A DNA stretch of 64,000 bases from an uncultured Gammaproteobacteria bacterium (GCA_964518565.1 CAZFGX010000001.1:798568-862567), one strand, 5' to 3'. Numbered from the stretch's first letter, positions 19,500-31,272 are shown. The notes: generated by a model from the sequence alone, not told the origin. A program made the numbers and translations.

Positions 19500-22400
19500 A
19501 TGAAATTTTTCCGTACAGTTTTTAGCACCAGCCTCTTACTGGTGATTTTCTCTCTAACCGCCCCAATTCATTCACATGCCGCATATGGCCTCCAAAGTAT
19601 CACCAATCTCGGTGGCACACCAGTCCAAATGGTTTTTGCTCCCGATGGCCGTTTATTTTTCACCGACAAGTGCGTAGGTCTCAAGGTTCGCAGTACCAGT
19701 GGCACTGTCAGCACATTTAGAAATTTTTCCAATCGTTGTGATTCAGAAAAAGGCGTCTTAGGTGTAGAACTCGATCCTGAATTTGGCAAAAGCACGGGCA
19801 ACGACTGGATTTATGTGTATTACTCTGTAGACATCAACAATAACGTAGCTGTTCGTTTTAAAACTGGCTCAGATAGTCTACAAACCTTAATTAGCATTCC
19901 TACTGGTAGTGCCGGCAATCACAACGGTGGTGCTATTCACTTCGGCACAGATGGCAAACTCTATATCTCCTCTGGCGATGGCCATCAATTTTCCCCCGCT
20001 CAAAACACCGGTAGTTTACTCGGAAAAATTATTCGTATAAATAAAGATGGCAGCATTCCTTCAGATAATCCATTTGGTAACGCTGTATGGGCATATGGAT
20101 TTAGAAATCCCTTCACGTTTGCCGTCAATAAATCCAACGGCAAGATATATGTCAACGATGTGGGTGAAGGTGCAGTCGAAGAAATAGATCAGCTCACCAA
20201 AGGTGCCAATTACGGTTGGCCTACCTGTGAAGGCAATTGTAGCAACTCCGGCATGACCAACCCCATAGCTCAGTATTATCATGCTGGCGCTGGCGGTCGT
20301 AGCAGCCCTGATGGTGAATCCATTACTGGTGGAGCTTTTTGGAACGGCAAATACTTCTTTAGCGATTACGCTGGCAATTGGGGTGGCACGTATACCAATG
20401 GCTGGATCGGCGTCCGCAATGAGTCCACTGGCTCGGTTCAAATCCAAATCCTAGGATACAACATGCCCGTAGCCATGGCAGTCAATCCAGTCGACAACCA
20501 GCTCTATGTCGTAGGGTTAGATGGCCAACTCTCCCGCATTACCGACACAGATGCCCCACCTCCAGCTGCCACCAACACACCACCAGTAATGACCAACACT
20601 CCCATTCCTGCTCCCAATCAACCCCCAGCACTCGTCATAAATTCTCCATCATCATCATTTAAGTATGCCGGTGGTGATACAGTGGTTGCTCTCGCCACAG
20701 CGACTGATCCAGAAGATGGCACCTTACCCGGCACCAGTATTCAGTGGAAAGTCGACTTTTACCACTACAATGTTTCACCTACAAATTTCCACGTCCATCC
20801 GTATCTAGACTGGTCACTCATTCCCAAAGGCAACACTGCCACCATTGAAATATCTCGAATCAACGAATACGTTTCCACTGTTTGGTATAGAATCACAGCC
20901 CGAGCCACAGATTCCAAAGGCGCCACCACCGAAAAATATGTCGATATTTATCCAGTCGTCGTTCCATTGACTGTTTCTTCAAATCCACCCGGACTTCAAG
21001 TCACCATCAACGGCCAACAACAACTCACTCCATATAGTACAGATACCGTAGCTGGGATTATTTACAACATCGCCACCCCAAATGCCCAAACCCTCAACAA
21101 CACTGCCTACTCCTTCACGTCTTGGAGCGATAATAGTACATCTCTCTCTCGCACCTACACTATACCCAGGACTCCCGTCCAGCTCGTCGCTCAATATCTA
21201 GCCGCACCTCAAACCACTATTACTCCACTTCCCACAATCACACCACTTCCAACAAACACCCCCATTCCACCAACCAATACCACATATTTAGGTCTAAATA
21301 CGATTGGCGATTTTTTTGATAGATACAACACTGGCTATCAAACCGGCTCTTCAATCATCACGGGCACCGGCAATCCAGTCATAAACAAAGTCAGCGCCTA
21401 TATAGGCGATATTGAGGCAGCACCCAACAACCAATATCAAGTCGCGATTTATTCAGATCAAGATAACAATCCTGGCACCCAAATCGCCAAAAGCACCCCC
21501 AGCACACTCAATGCCAACGCCTGGAACACCATCGATCTCTCAGCCCCTCTCCAACCTCAAACCAAATACTGGCTACTCTACAGCACCAATTCAAATGCTC
21601 CAGACAAAAACAATCTCAAATACAAACTATCCTCATCTGGAGCCGGACTATTTACGCTCCGATCTGCAGCCTTTGGCTCCTGGGGCACAAATCTGGCTAG
21701 TATCAAAACCCCCGCTCAGTACTCTCTCTATGCCTGGATTACCGGATCCACCCCACCCACAAACACCAACACACCTATCCCTACAAATACCAACGCACCC
21801 AACCCTACAACTCCACCAAATCCGACCACTCCTCCGTCTACTTCAAGCACAAATGTCTATACCGACAATCTATCATCCGGCTGGCAAGCATGGACCTGGA
21901 ACGGTACTGCTAACACCAGTTCAGTCAACCAATTTGGCAACAATTCTATTTCCCTGACACCTTACAATACCGATTCTGGTCTCTATCTACGCAAAACATC
22001 TGGTTCACCGATTTCTGGCTCCACATACAAATATCTCGAATTTAGTATGAAATCCGGACCTTCCAATCCACTAAATATCCGCGTTATGGCTTACGGCTCA
22101 AGTACAAATCCTCCATTTAGCAATGGTGTCTGGGTATCTAGCTATGGTGGCAAACCACCCACCGGCAACTATCAAAATTATCGTATCCCCTTAGCCGATC
22201 TTTCAGCTGCTGGCAAAGATATCTACGGCATTGCCTTCCAAGAACTCAACGATCCATCAGCCATCTTCTTTATAGATAATATTCGCTTCACCCAAAGTTC
22301 TACTTCTGGAGTAATTTACGACAATTCCATTGCCAACGATTGGCAGATCTGGAATTGGGGCGGCACCATCAACGGCGCCTCACTAAACCAATTTGGCAAC

Positions 22401-22760
22401 AACTCCATATCTCTCACTCCCTCAGGGGCTGATGCAGGCATCTATCTTCGCAAGGTAGGCAATGGCGGCTTTTCTACTAGTGGCTTCAAATATCTAAAAT
22501 TTATGGCCAAATCCGGCCCACCAGATCCAGTAAACATGCGCATTCTTGTTTACGGCTCAAACGCCAATCCGCCACTCAATGCGGGCAAGCTCTTGACCAA
22601 CTACGGCGGCAATCCTCCCACTGACACATACAAGACATATCTTATCCCCTTGTCTGATCTTGGAGCTGAAAATATCGATCTCTATGGCGTCGGATTCCAA
22701 ATCCAAGACAGTTCTCCATCCATCATATTTGTCGATGAAGTCAGTCTGGTAAACCAATAA
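19500..22760 (+). CDS. secreted PQQ-dependent sugar dehydrogenase-like beta-propeller (YliI/GSDH family) fused to PT linkers, a central domain and two tandem copies of the conserved C-terminal domain
   Basis: Signal peptide; NHNGGAIHFGTDGKLYISSGDGH, LGKIIRINKDGSIPSDNPF, WAYGFRNPF and ANYGWPTCEG match soluble glucose/sorbosone dehydrogenase hallmarks; two C-terminal domain copies (about 21853-22293 and 22310-22757). Confidence 0.75.
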   Translation: MKFFRTVFSTSLLLVIFSLTAPIHSHAAYGLQSITNLGGTPVQMVFAPDGRLFFTDKCVGLKVRSTSGTVSTFRNFSNRCDSEKGVLGVELDPEFGKSTGNDWIYVYYSVDINNNVAVRFKTGSDSLQTLISIPTGSAGNHNGGAIHFGTDGKLYISSGDGHQFSPAQNTGSLLGKIIRINKDGSIPSDNPFGNAVWAYGFRNPFTFAVNKSNGKIYVNDVGEGAVEEIDQLTKGANYGWPTCEGNCSNSGMTNPIAQYYHAGAGGRSSPDGESITGGAFWNGKYFFSDYAGNWGGTYTNGWIGVRNESTGSVQIQILGYNMPVAMAVNPVDNQLYVVGLDGQLSRITDTDAPPPAATNTPPVMTNTPIPAPNQPPALVINSPSSSFKYAGGDTVVALATATDPEDGTLPGTSIQWKVDFYHYNVSPTNFHVHPYLDWSLIPKGNTATIEISRINEYVSTVWYRITARATDSKGATTEKYVDIYPVVVPLTVSSNPPGLQVTINGQQQLTPYSTDTVAGIIYNIATPNAQTLNNTAYSFTSWSDNSTSLSRTYTIPRTPVQLVAQYLAAPQTTITPLPTITPLPTNTPIPPTNTTYLGLNTIGDFFDRYNTGYQTGSSIITGTGNPVINKVSAYIGDIEAAPNNQYQVAIYSDQDNNPGTQIAKSTPSTLNANAWNTIDLSAPLQPQTKYWLLYSTNSNAPDKNNLKYKLSSSGAGLFTLRSAAFGSWGTNLASIKTPAQYSLYAWITGSTPPTNTNTPIPTNTNAPNPTTPPNPTTPPSTSSTNVYTDNLSSGWQAWTWNGTANTSSVNQFGNNSISLTPYNTDSGLYLRKTSGSPISGSTYKYLEFSMKSGPSNPLNIRVMAYGSSTNPPFSNGVWVSSYGGKPPTGNYQNYRIPLADLSAAGKDIYGIAFQELNDPSAIFFIDNIRFTQSSTSGVIYDNSIANDWQIWNWGGTINGASLNQFGNNSISLTPSGADAGIYLRKVGNGGFSTSGFKYLKFMAKSGPPDPVNMRILVYGSNANPPLNAGKLLTNYGGNPPTDTYKTYLIPLSDLGAENIDLYGVGFQIQDSSPSIIFVDEVSLVNQ

Positions 22761-22764
22761 TCCA

Positions 22765-23430
22765 ATGCTCAAAAAATCGCTGCTCATCACAACCATTGTT
22801 TCAGCCATAGCTGTCATCGCCATCTTCAATTTCAACGGCAAATTGACCAGCAAACAGGTCACCACGTCCTCAAAATTGGGTCAACTCACTCCGCAAATCA
22901 GCAAACTACAAAAATCATTATCCGAAATGACCAAAAATACTCCCTGGGAAAAAATTCTGTCTATTCAGTTTGATGCCAAATGCAATATTCAAATGGAAAC
23001 CACTTCTGAAAATATTTCCATTACCTCCAGATACAACGAAAACGGCAGTCTCCGTTGCCAAGGCAGTAAAACTGCAGTCTCTCCAAATGGTAAACTCGCA
23101 GCATTTGAAGATCAAGGTGTCACCACCGACCGACGCTTAACAGTCGTAGAAGCCTCCTCAGGAAAATTTATTCTTATCAACCAGCCCAACATCGACCATC
23201 TCAATCAACTCGCATTCGTAGCAGATGATCGTATTGCTGCAGTGGAAGTAACCAAAGATGACACCCAACAAGTAACCATCTATAACCTCGCAGCTAACAA
23301 TACAACTACAGCAAGCTATTATATGTCCACCGAACCTGTTCCTAGCCAAACCACCACCATCTCCTTTTCAAAAGGCAAAATTACCTTTATAAATAATCAA
23401 AACCAAGTCATCAAAACTATTTCTCTATGA
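22765..23430 (+). CDS. hypothetical membrane-anchored protein
   Basis: 221 aa, single N-terminal TM, no motifs recognised. Confidence 0.4.
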   Translation: MLKKSLLITTIVSAIAVIAIFNFNGKLTSKQVTTSSKLGQLTPQISKLQKSLSEMTKNTPWEKILSIQFDAKCNIQMETTSENISITSRYNENGSLRCQGSKTAVSPNGKLAAFEDQGVTTDRRLTVVEASSGKFILINQPNIDHLNQLAFVADDRIAAVEVTKDDTQQVTIYNLAANNTTTASYYMSTEPVPSQTTTISFSKGKITFINNQNQVIKTISL

Positions 23431-23843
23431 CCAAAAAAATTACCCTCGCAGCCATCGGTTTAGCCACTATAGTTCTAGTTATTACAATTGTCGCATTTAC
23501 TCGTAAACAACAAGTTTCCAACTCATCAATGCAAGTCTCCCAGCAGCTAGACCAGCTCGCTACCTGGCGCATTGAAACCCCCTTAGATCCTATCTCAGAC
23601 CCATTTGGCGAATGCAAAACCGGCTCAAATGCGCCGATTAGCAAATATACGCAGCTGAACACCACTGGCTCATCCAGCGACACAAACCAACTATATACCA
23701 CTATTACAAACACTCTTACATCTTCTGGGTGGACAGAAGTTTCCTGCCAAGATACCCAGTCTCATACTTATCAAAAATCCAATCAGTACATAAAGCTGGT
23801 TAAGCCTACACCAAACACTTCTTTGACTCTCTATCTCCAATAA
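23427..23843 (+). CDS. hypothetical membrane-anchored protein
   Basis: 138 aa, N-terminal TM; start overlaps the previous stop (ATGA). Confidence 0.4.
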   Translation: MTKKITLAAIGLATIVLVITIVAFTRKQQVSNSSMQVSQQLDQLATWRIETPLDPISDPFGECKTGSNAPISKYTQLNTTGSSSDTNQLYTTITNTLTSSGWTEVSCQDTQSHTYQKSNQYIKLVKPTPNTSLTLYLQ

Positions 23844-23881
23844 ACTCTCCAAGTGTTTACCTAAATCCTAAATCACCAATA

Positions 23882-26647
23882 TCAATTTCCAATTGCAGGA
23901 GGAAGCGTAACTCGAGGAGTTCCCCCTCCTCCGACATTATCAGCCCGATTATTTGTCACAATATAAAGGTTTTCAAAAATATCTTTTATATCCAGACCCC
24001 AAGGGGTTGTAATAAGTGCCACCTGTCGCTGTTCGATCCCAAAACCATACAAACTTTGGAACTCATTAGCCACCCGACCATCAGGCCCCTGCTCTGTCAC
24101 AATTGCATACGCATCAATATACTTATCATCTACAACGTAAGCCCCATAATCAATAAACGCTCGAGCTAAAATCTTTCCCGGTATTGTTCGTAAACCATTG
24201 ACATTGAAATCTGGTTTTAATGCCAGCAAGGCACCAGGTGTAAAATTGGGATTAGAACCACGATACGCATCCGTCCCACCACCTCCACAATATCCATCAA
24301 CTCTGTTAGCCGGCCAACGCGCCTGACAACCACTCCAATAATATTGAGATGCCAATAAATTAACTTTCATAACATGGCTTATCTTTCCAGAACTAAACTC
24401 TCCTAAACGAATAGTTCCACCCAAAGCAGATAATCCAGATCCACCGTGCGAACCGTACAATCCAGCTTGATAAATGTTTTGGTCACCAAAGGCCAACAGT
24501 GTCGTTGCCACACCACCAGCCACACATCGAGTAAATGGTTGATTTTGTTTGACCGTCTGCCCATCAGGCATCAAAAATGATGCCGAATGATTTTGAGTCG
24601 TATTGCCTACCCAATAACTAGCCGGGACCGGCACAGATTGCACAGTTCCTCCTTGTGCAGGGCATCGATCGCCACCTTCAGTCCAACCTGATCCATTGTA
24701 TTTGACATCTATCATCGGCGCAGTTGGTTTCATCACGACAATATCTTCATCAATAGCAAATAATGTACCGGCACCTCGAACAATGTTGGCATCTTGATAA
24801 GAAGCGCCACTTCCAATAGATGTATTCCATGGTGAGTTTGAAGCAAATGGCCATTTAAACTTATCTCTTGTTCCATTTGACAACAAACCAAATGTACCAG
24901 ACATCACTGGTGGGTTGGTAGGTTGAACTGTGGGTATCGATGTAGTCGCAGGTGGAGTAGTAGGTGCTGGATTACCAGAAGCACAATTTCCTTGACCCAA
25001 ATTGTTCACACAAATAGGCAATTTCATTTCAGCGGCATTTTGCATACCGAAATGTCCAGTCAATCCTCCTTTATCAATCGCATGTGAATGAAATGAAATA
25101 ATATGCCAACCGTCGTTTAACTTCCGCGTATCAACTACATAGTCATAGTATCCTCGATCTCCAAAGGGCTGTGGCAAGGGGCTAGCATCTGGAGAAGAGA
25201 CGGTCTGAGCATACCAATAATCCTTGTACCCTTGCTCAATCTTAATTCCTCGATGATGCACAGACCCCGTTCCCTTACTTTTTTGTACTTTTGTTCTTAG
25301 TGTTATATTGCCGCTCACTGTTTTACCCATCAGTTCTAATGGATTTTCCAGCACATTAAATACATATTCAATATCCGTATACCACCCATGGGAATCCATA
25401 TAATCTCGAATTGGCGTAATAGTATTATGATTTGCACTATCATTTTCTCCCCAAGGACCAGTTTTAGCGCCAAACCATATTGCATGATTAATATTTGCTT
25501 GCACAATTTCCCCTGGTATCCTACCAGTAGCCACATCACGCACAGTTTCTTCAGTATGACATTCAGTTCGTTTTTCTTGCGAACCACCACCCTCACCTTG
25601 TACTTGATAAGTCACAAATGTATTTGGAGTCACTCTTCGACGATCTTGATGCGAATTAGCGGATATATTATTAGGCCACATATGCAATGTCATTTCGGGA
25701 TTTTTATTCAACGTATTTTTACTTGTCCCTAGCCCGTTCACCCCTGGCATCACACAAGCAATATCAGCCTGAACATTGGCATTAGAACCATATACTCGAC
25801 CTATTTCAATATTTCTATTAACGATCCAAATTTGGTTCTCGTGGGCATTGGCTACCAGTCCCCACCAGGCTCCACCTGCAGCAATATTTCTCCTACCAGC
25901 CTTTACCTGATCCAAAATAAATTTATTTATTACATCATCAGTATCACTTTTATCCACCTCAACTCCTAGACTTCCTGGTGTCCCTGTAGGAGCCAGTGTA
26001 TGAGTCATGCCTGGCATAGTCGGAGCCGTAGTGTTAGTCGGCCCAGCAGTCGGCAATTGGTTATTTGACGAGCCAGAAGTCGGTGAAGGTACAATCGTAT
26101 TAATAATCGGCTGCAAAACCTTTACATCATCAATCCACACCTTTCCCATGGTATTACCTAAATTCAACGCCAAATTTCCTGCAGCGATCGCTTGAGTCGG
26201 TTTAAACTTCACACTACTTCTACTCCAAGTCGGTGTACTCGTAAAACTCCACGAATTCATGGCATTCACGCCATCTAAAATCCGAGCCGAGCCTTCCAAA
26301 GGCTTTTCCGACCGAATCGCAAAATCTATCGTGTACTCGACTCCAGGCAAAAAATTTATCCCGTCACTCAAGACCACAATATCTTTTGCCAAGAGTCTAG
26401 GACTAGTAATCATCAATTCTGCTACGCCCGCACCCTGTAATGGCTGATTCGACGTAGCGTTAAAAGTCACCGACACATCTGTTGCTTTTTGCAATGTCCA
26501 ATTTGCTAGACCTAATTCGAAAGACGGATTCAAAGCAATATTGGTTTCCCCTGCCGCACCAGAACGCCAACTTCGAAAATAGCGAAAGCCAACCAATGCC
26601 AATACAAGACTCGCCAATGTTAACACCGTCAATAAAAATAATTTCAC
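23882..26647 (-). CDS. large secreted protein with N-terminal CBM4/9-like carbohydrate-binding module; remainder unknown
   Basis: 921 aa; signal anchor; NIALNPSFELGLANW...VWIDDVKV resembles the CBM_4_9 jelly-roll; PT linker; long uncharacterised C-terminal region. Confidence 0.6.
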   Translation of the reverse strand: MKLFLLTVLTLASLVLALVGFRYFRSWRSGAAGETNIALNPSFELGLANWTLQKATDVSVTFNATSNQPLQGAGVAELMITSPRLLAKDIVVLSDGINFLPGVEYTIDFAIRSEKPLEGSARILDGVNAMNSWSFTSTPTWSRSSVKFKPTQAIAAGNLALNLGNTMGKVWIDDVKVLQPIINTIVPSPTSGSSNNQLPTAGPTNTTAPTMPGMTHTLAPTGTPGSLGVEVDKSDTDDVINKFILDQVKAGRRNIAAGGAWWGLVANAHENQIWIVNRNIEIGRVYGSNANVQADIACVMPGVNGLGTSKNTLNKNPEMTLHMWPNNISANSHQDRRRVTPNTFVTYQVQGEGGGSQEKRTECHTEETVRDVATGRIPGEIVQANINHAIWFGAKTGPWGENDSANHNTITPIRDYMDSHGWYTDIEYVFNVLENPLELMGKTVSGNITLRTKVQKSKGTGSVHHRGIKIEQGYKDYWYAQTVSSPDASPLPQPFGDRGYYDYVVDTRKLNDGWHIISFHSHAIDKGGLTGHFGMQNAAEMKLPICVNNLGQGNCASGNPAPTTPPATTSIPTVQPTNPPVMSGTFGLLSNGTRDKFKWPFASNSPWNTSIGSGASYQDANIVRGAGTLFAIDEDIVVMKPTAPMIDVKYNGSGWTEGGDRCPAQGGTVQSVPVPASYWVGNTTQNHSASFLMPDGQTVKQNQPFTRCVAGGVATTLLAFGDQNIYQAGLYGSHGGSGLSALGGTIRLGEFSSGKISHVMKVNLLASQYYWSGCQARWPANRVDGYCGGGGTDAYRGSNPNFTPGALLALKPDFNVNGLRTIPGKILARAFIDYGAYVVDDKYIDAYAIVTEQGPDGRVANEFQSLYGFGIEQRQVALITTPWGLDIKDIFENLYIVTNNRADNVGGGGTPRVTLPPAIGN

Positions 26648-26670
26648 ACCTCAAGCGTACCGAATTTTAC

Positions 26671-26967
26671 TCAAACTTTCAACTCGCGAATTTTCTTTTT
26701 CAACTCAAAAATCTCTTGCTCAAGCCCTTCATAAATATTTTTGTACACCATAAACTCTGTATATCGCAGCTCCGACAACGAATCTTCATGGCGCACACCA
26801 CGAAAATTTCGCTTTCGTTCCAAATATTTTGGCTTAATTTCAGCTAATTTTTTCTCCAAAAATGCCAAACGTTGTCCTAAACGTGCAGAATCTTCCATAC
26901 AAATGTAATGAGTAATAACCAAAACTTCTAAAACTTTAAGAAGTGGTAGATAAAAAAGTAACAACAT
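26671..26967 (-). CDS. small coiled-coil hypothetical protein (start uncertain, probably internal Met)
   Basis: ORF immediately downstream of the 16S 3' end; C-terminal 75 aa charged/coiled-coil. Confidence 0.3.
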   Translation of the reverse strand: MLLLFYLPLLKVLEVLVITHYICMEDSARLGQRLAFLEKKLAEIKPKYLERKRNFRGVRHEDSLSELRYTEFMVYKNIYEGLEQEIFELKKKIRELKV

Positions 26968-27059
26968 CTCACTTTGACGTGTGTGAGTTGTCTTACCGGT
27001 GTGTTGTTTTTATTTATAACGAAATAACAACCAAAATTTCGGGGGTTTGATTATCTCCT

Positions 27060-28543
<1,484 letters not shown>

Positions 28544-28645
28544 AAATTATCTACCACTTCTTAAAATATAAGAAGGGTTCCTTACTCATAAAAATAAATG
28601 CTGCGAATTTCAAAGAACCAGATTCCAAAAGCTCACCGATTTTAC

Positions 28646-29167
28646 CTAAATTCTGACCCGTTGTAAAGCGACAGCTGCAGATACATGAACATTTAGTGAA
28701 GTATTAATTCCCCACATTGGTATCTCCACGATCAAATCAGCCACATCCAAAGCAGATTGGGACACTCCATCAGTCTCATGCCCCACGATCAGAGCTACCG
28801 GCATAGGCATGTCCGCAGTATCCAATGACACCGACCGTTCATTTTGCTCTACAGCCACAATCAATATTCCCTCCACCTCTTTACGTAAAGTTTCAATAGC
28901 TTCAAGGGCAGTGGGAAAATATCTCCACTTTACCCATTCCTCTGTTCCCACCGCTGCTTTATGGATCCGTGAGCCAGGCGGCGTCTCACTTCCACCACAT
29001 AAAACCAGCTCCATCGCCCCTACTGCATCAGCCAAACGAAACAACGAACCAATATTGTAGGTATCCAAAACATTATCCAAAATAAGCCAAATAGGTCGTC
29101 GTACCAATGCAGCGAGTTCAGCCTCAGAAGGTGGAGTCACCCGTAATTGTTTCGCATTCAATTTCAC
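28646..29167 (-). CDS. SpoU/TrmH-family RNA 2'-O-methyltransferase
   Basis: 173 aa; SPOUT knot motifs (LDNVLDTYNIGSLFR, LIVGHETDGVS, IPMWG..SLNVHVSAAV). Confidence 0.7.
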   Translation of the reverse strand: MKLNAKQLRVTPPSEAELAALVRRPIWLILDNVLDTYNIGSLFRLADAVGAMELVLCGGSETPPGSRIHKAAVGTEEWVKWRYFPTALEAIETLRKEVEGILIVAVEQNERSVSLDTADMPMPVALIVGHETDGVSQSALDVADLIVEIPMWGINTSLNVHVSAAVALQRVRI

Positions 29168-30024
29168 AATGCAGCCTCAGCAACTGATTTCATATCATTC
29201 CAGCTATATGCACCTGGAAAATTTTGTTCATTCACAAAAAATCCTGGCGTCCCAGACACACCCAAAGATCGTGCCAAAGATTGCTCAGTCGTCAACCGGG
29301 AAGCATATTTCCCACTATCCATACACTCCTTGAGTGCTTTCTGATCGACCACAGTCCCCAAAAAGGACACCATTGTTCCATTTTTAGATTTATCATTTTT
29401 TACCGTTGTGTTTATCATGTCATACCCTTCAGCACTCATTAATTTGTCATGAGCTGGCCAAAACTTTCCCTGATCATGAGCACAATACAAGGCGTTTGTA
29501 GCCACTTCACCATTACCATGACCATTACTATATATCCAGGCAAACGCTGCTTTCCCGGAATCAGCTAGTTTTTTCATTTCCTGAACCGGTGAAACATAAG
29601 TTCCCCCATCCGAAGTCAATATAAATTGTGTGCCCATCTGTTTTGACAATGTACCATTATGTCCGGCAGCTGCATGGCAATATGGACAAGAAGGATCAGC
29701 TACTTCCACCAACAACAATTTTGCATCCGGACTACCAAACTTAATCACATTTTCAGAAAAAATCTTTTTAATTTGGTCTTTAGTTACCTGCACTTGCTGT
29801 GGCTGTTGTTGTTGCTGAGCTGCTTGCGGCGGATTCGCAGCCAACTGCTCCAAATATTTTACTTTCGTCCAATAAGATCCCACCACAAACGATAAAGCCA
29901 TAGTCGACAGCCACATCAACGGTGCAAGCCTCTCCAATACAGATCGCCGAGTTTTCGGCGCTTCAACTACAACAGGCATATCCATTACTGGCTCATCGAT
30001 TATTTTTTTTCTTGCCACTGCCAT
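29164..30024 (-). CDS. membrane-anchored DsbA-like thiol:disulfide oxidoreductase (CPYC)
   Basis: N-terminal TM, Gln-rich linker, thioredoxin fold with active site DPSCPYCH. Confidence 0.65.
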   Translation of the reverse strand: MAVARKKIIDEPVMDMPVVVEAPKTRRSVLERLAPLMWLSTMALSFVVGSYWTKVKYLEQLAANPPQAAQQQQQPQQVQVTKDQIKKIFSENVIKFGSPDAKLLLVEVADPSCPYCHAAAGHNGTLSKQMGTQFILTSDGGTYVSPVQEMKKLADSGKAAFAWIYSNGHGNGEVATNALYCAHDQGKFWPAHDKLMSAEGYDMINTTVKNDKSKNGTMVSFLGTVVDQKALKECMDSGKYASRLTTEQSLARSLGVSGTPGFFVNEQNFPGAYSWNDMKSVAEAAL

Positions 30025-30045
30025 GCGCCTATTTATAACAAAAAA

Positions 30046-30924
30046 TTATGACTTCGCCAACCAGCGCTCTACATCAATAGCTGCTTCACACCCGTACCCA
30101 GCCGCAGTAATTGCCTGTCGATAATGATGGTCATGCACATCCCCAGCTACAAATACTCCCTCAACAGTGGTTTTGCTCGCTTCAGCTCGTTTTATATATC
30201 CCCGCTCATCAATCGCCAACTGACTAGCAAAAACTTTTGTCATAGGACTATGACCGATAGCCACAAATACGCCATCAATATCCATTATCTCTCCTCCCAC
30301 AAATCGTACCCCTACTACTTTCTCGTCGCCTAATATTTCTTCAATCTGTGTCTCAAATTTCACCGCAATCTTAGGATTTGCAAACAAACGATCTTGCATA
30401 ATTTTACTTGCCCGAAATTCATTCCGTCGATGAACCACAGTAACAGCGCTAGCAAATTTGGCCAAAAACAAAGCTTCCTCCATCGCACTGTCTCCACCAC
30501 CAACAACGATCACCTGCTTGTTTCGGAAAAAAGCCGCATCACACGTAGCACACCCTGACACTCCTCGACCAATCAATTTCTGCTCACTTGGCAATCCTAA
30601 CCAATTAAATTCAGCCCCAGTCGCCAAAATAATAGCCCTTGCCGAAACGCCATTTACCGTCTTTTTGGCCAGATCAATATCTACCGCATTCTCTTCGCGA
30701 ATCTCTACTCCAAATTTTTCAGCTTGTTTACGCATATTGATCATTAAATCTGGCCCCATAATTCCATCTACAAACCCTGGAAAATTTTCCACTTCGGTCG
30801 TTAACATCAATTGTCCACCCCACTTCTCCCCTGCAAACAACACGGTCTTCAAATTCGCTCGAGATGTATAAATTCCAGCCGTCAATCCTGCAGGTCCAGA
30901 TCCAATAATGATTACATCGTACAT
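30046..30924 (-). CDS. trxB: thioredoxin-disulfide reductase
   Basis: VIIIGSGPAGLTAG FAD motif, redox-active CATCD, second GGGDSAME NADPH motif. Confidence 0.85.
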   Translation of the reverse strand: MYDVIIIGSGPAGLTAGIYTSRANLKTVLFAGEKWGGQLMLTTEVENFPGFVDGIMGPDLMINMRKQAEKFGVEIREENAVDIDLAKKTVNGVSARAIILATGAEFNWLGLPSEQKLIGRGVSGCATCDAAFFRNKQVIVVGGGDSAMEEALFLAKFASAVTVVHRRNEFRASKIMQDRLFANPKIAVKFETQIEEILGDEKVVGVRFVGGEIMDIDGVFVAIGHSPMTKVFASQLAIDERGYIKRAEASKTTVEGVFVAGDVHDHHYRQAITAAGYGCEAAIDVERWLAKS

Positions 30925-30927
30925 AAA

Positions 30928-31245
30928 CTACAAACCAGCCTTAGACAGAAGTTGCACGTATCCACCTTTGCCAGCAAAACCTACTTGTCGACCCAGCTCT
31001 TTACCATCTTTAAACAAAATCACCGTAGGAATACTTTGTACACCAAATTGCCCAGCCAAAGCCCCTTCTTCATCTACGTTCACCTTACCTACAATCAATT
31101 TTCCAGCATATTCTTCTGCCAATCCATCGATTATTGGTCCAGCCATTTTGCACGGCCCGCACCACTCTGCCCAAAAATCGACCAAGGCCACACCAGTACC
31201 GGTTTTTGCAGAAAAATCAGCTGTAGTCAACGAAAGCGCTGCCAT
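30928..31245 (-). CDS. trxA: thioredoxin
   Basis: 105 aa, WCGPC active site. Confidence 0.85.
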   Translation of the reverse strand: MAALSLTTADFSAKTGTGVALVDFWAEWCGPCKMAGPIIDGLAEEYAGKLIVGKVNVDEEGALAGQFGVQSIPTVILFKDGKELGRQVGFAGKGGYVQLLSKAGL

Positions 31246-31272
31246 ATAATCAATCCTTTTATAATCGCTTTT

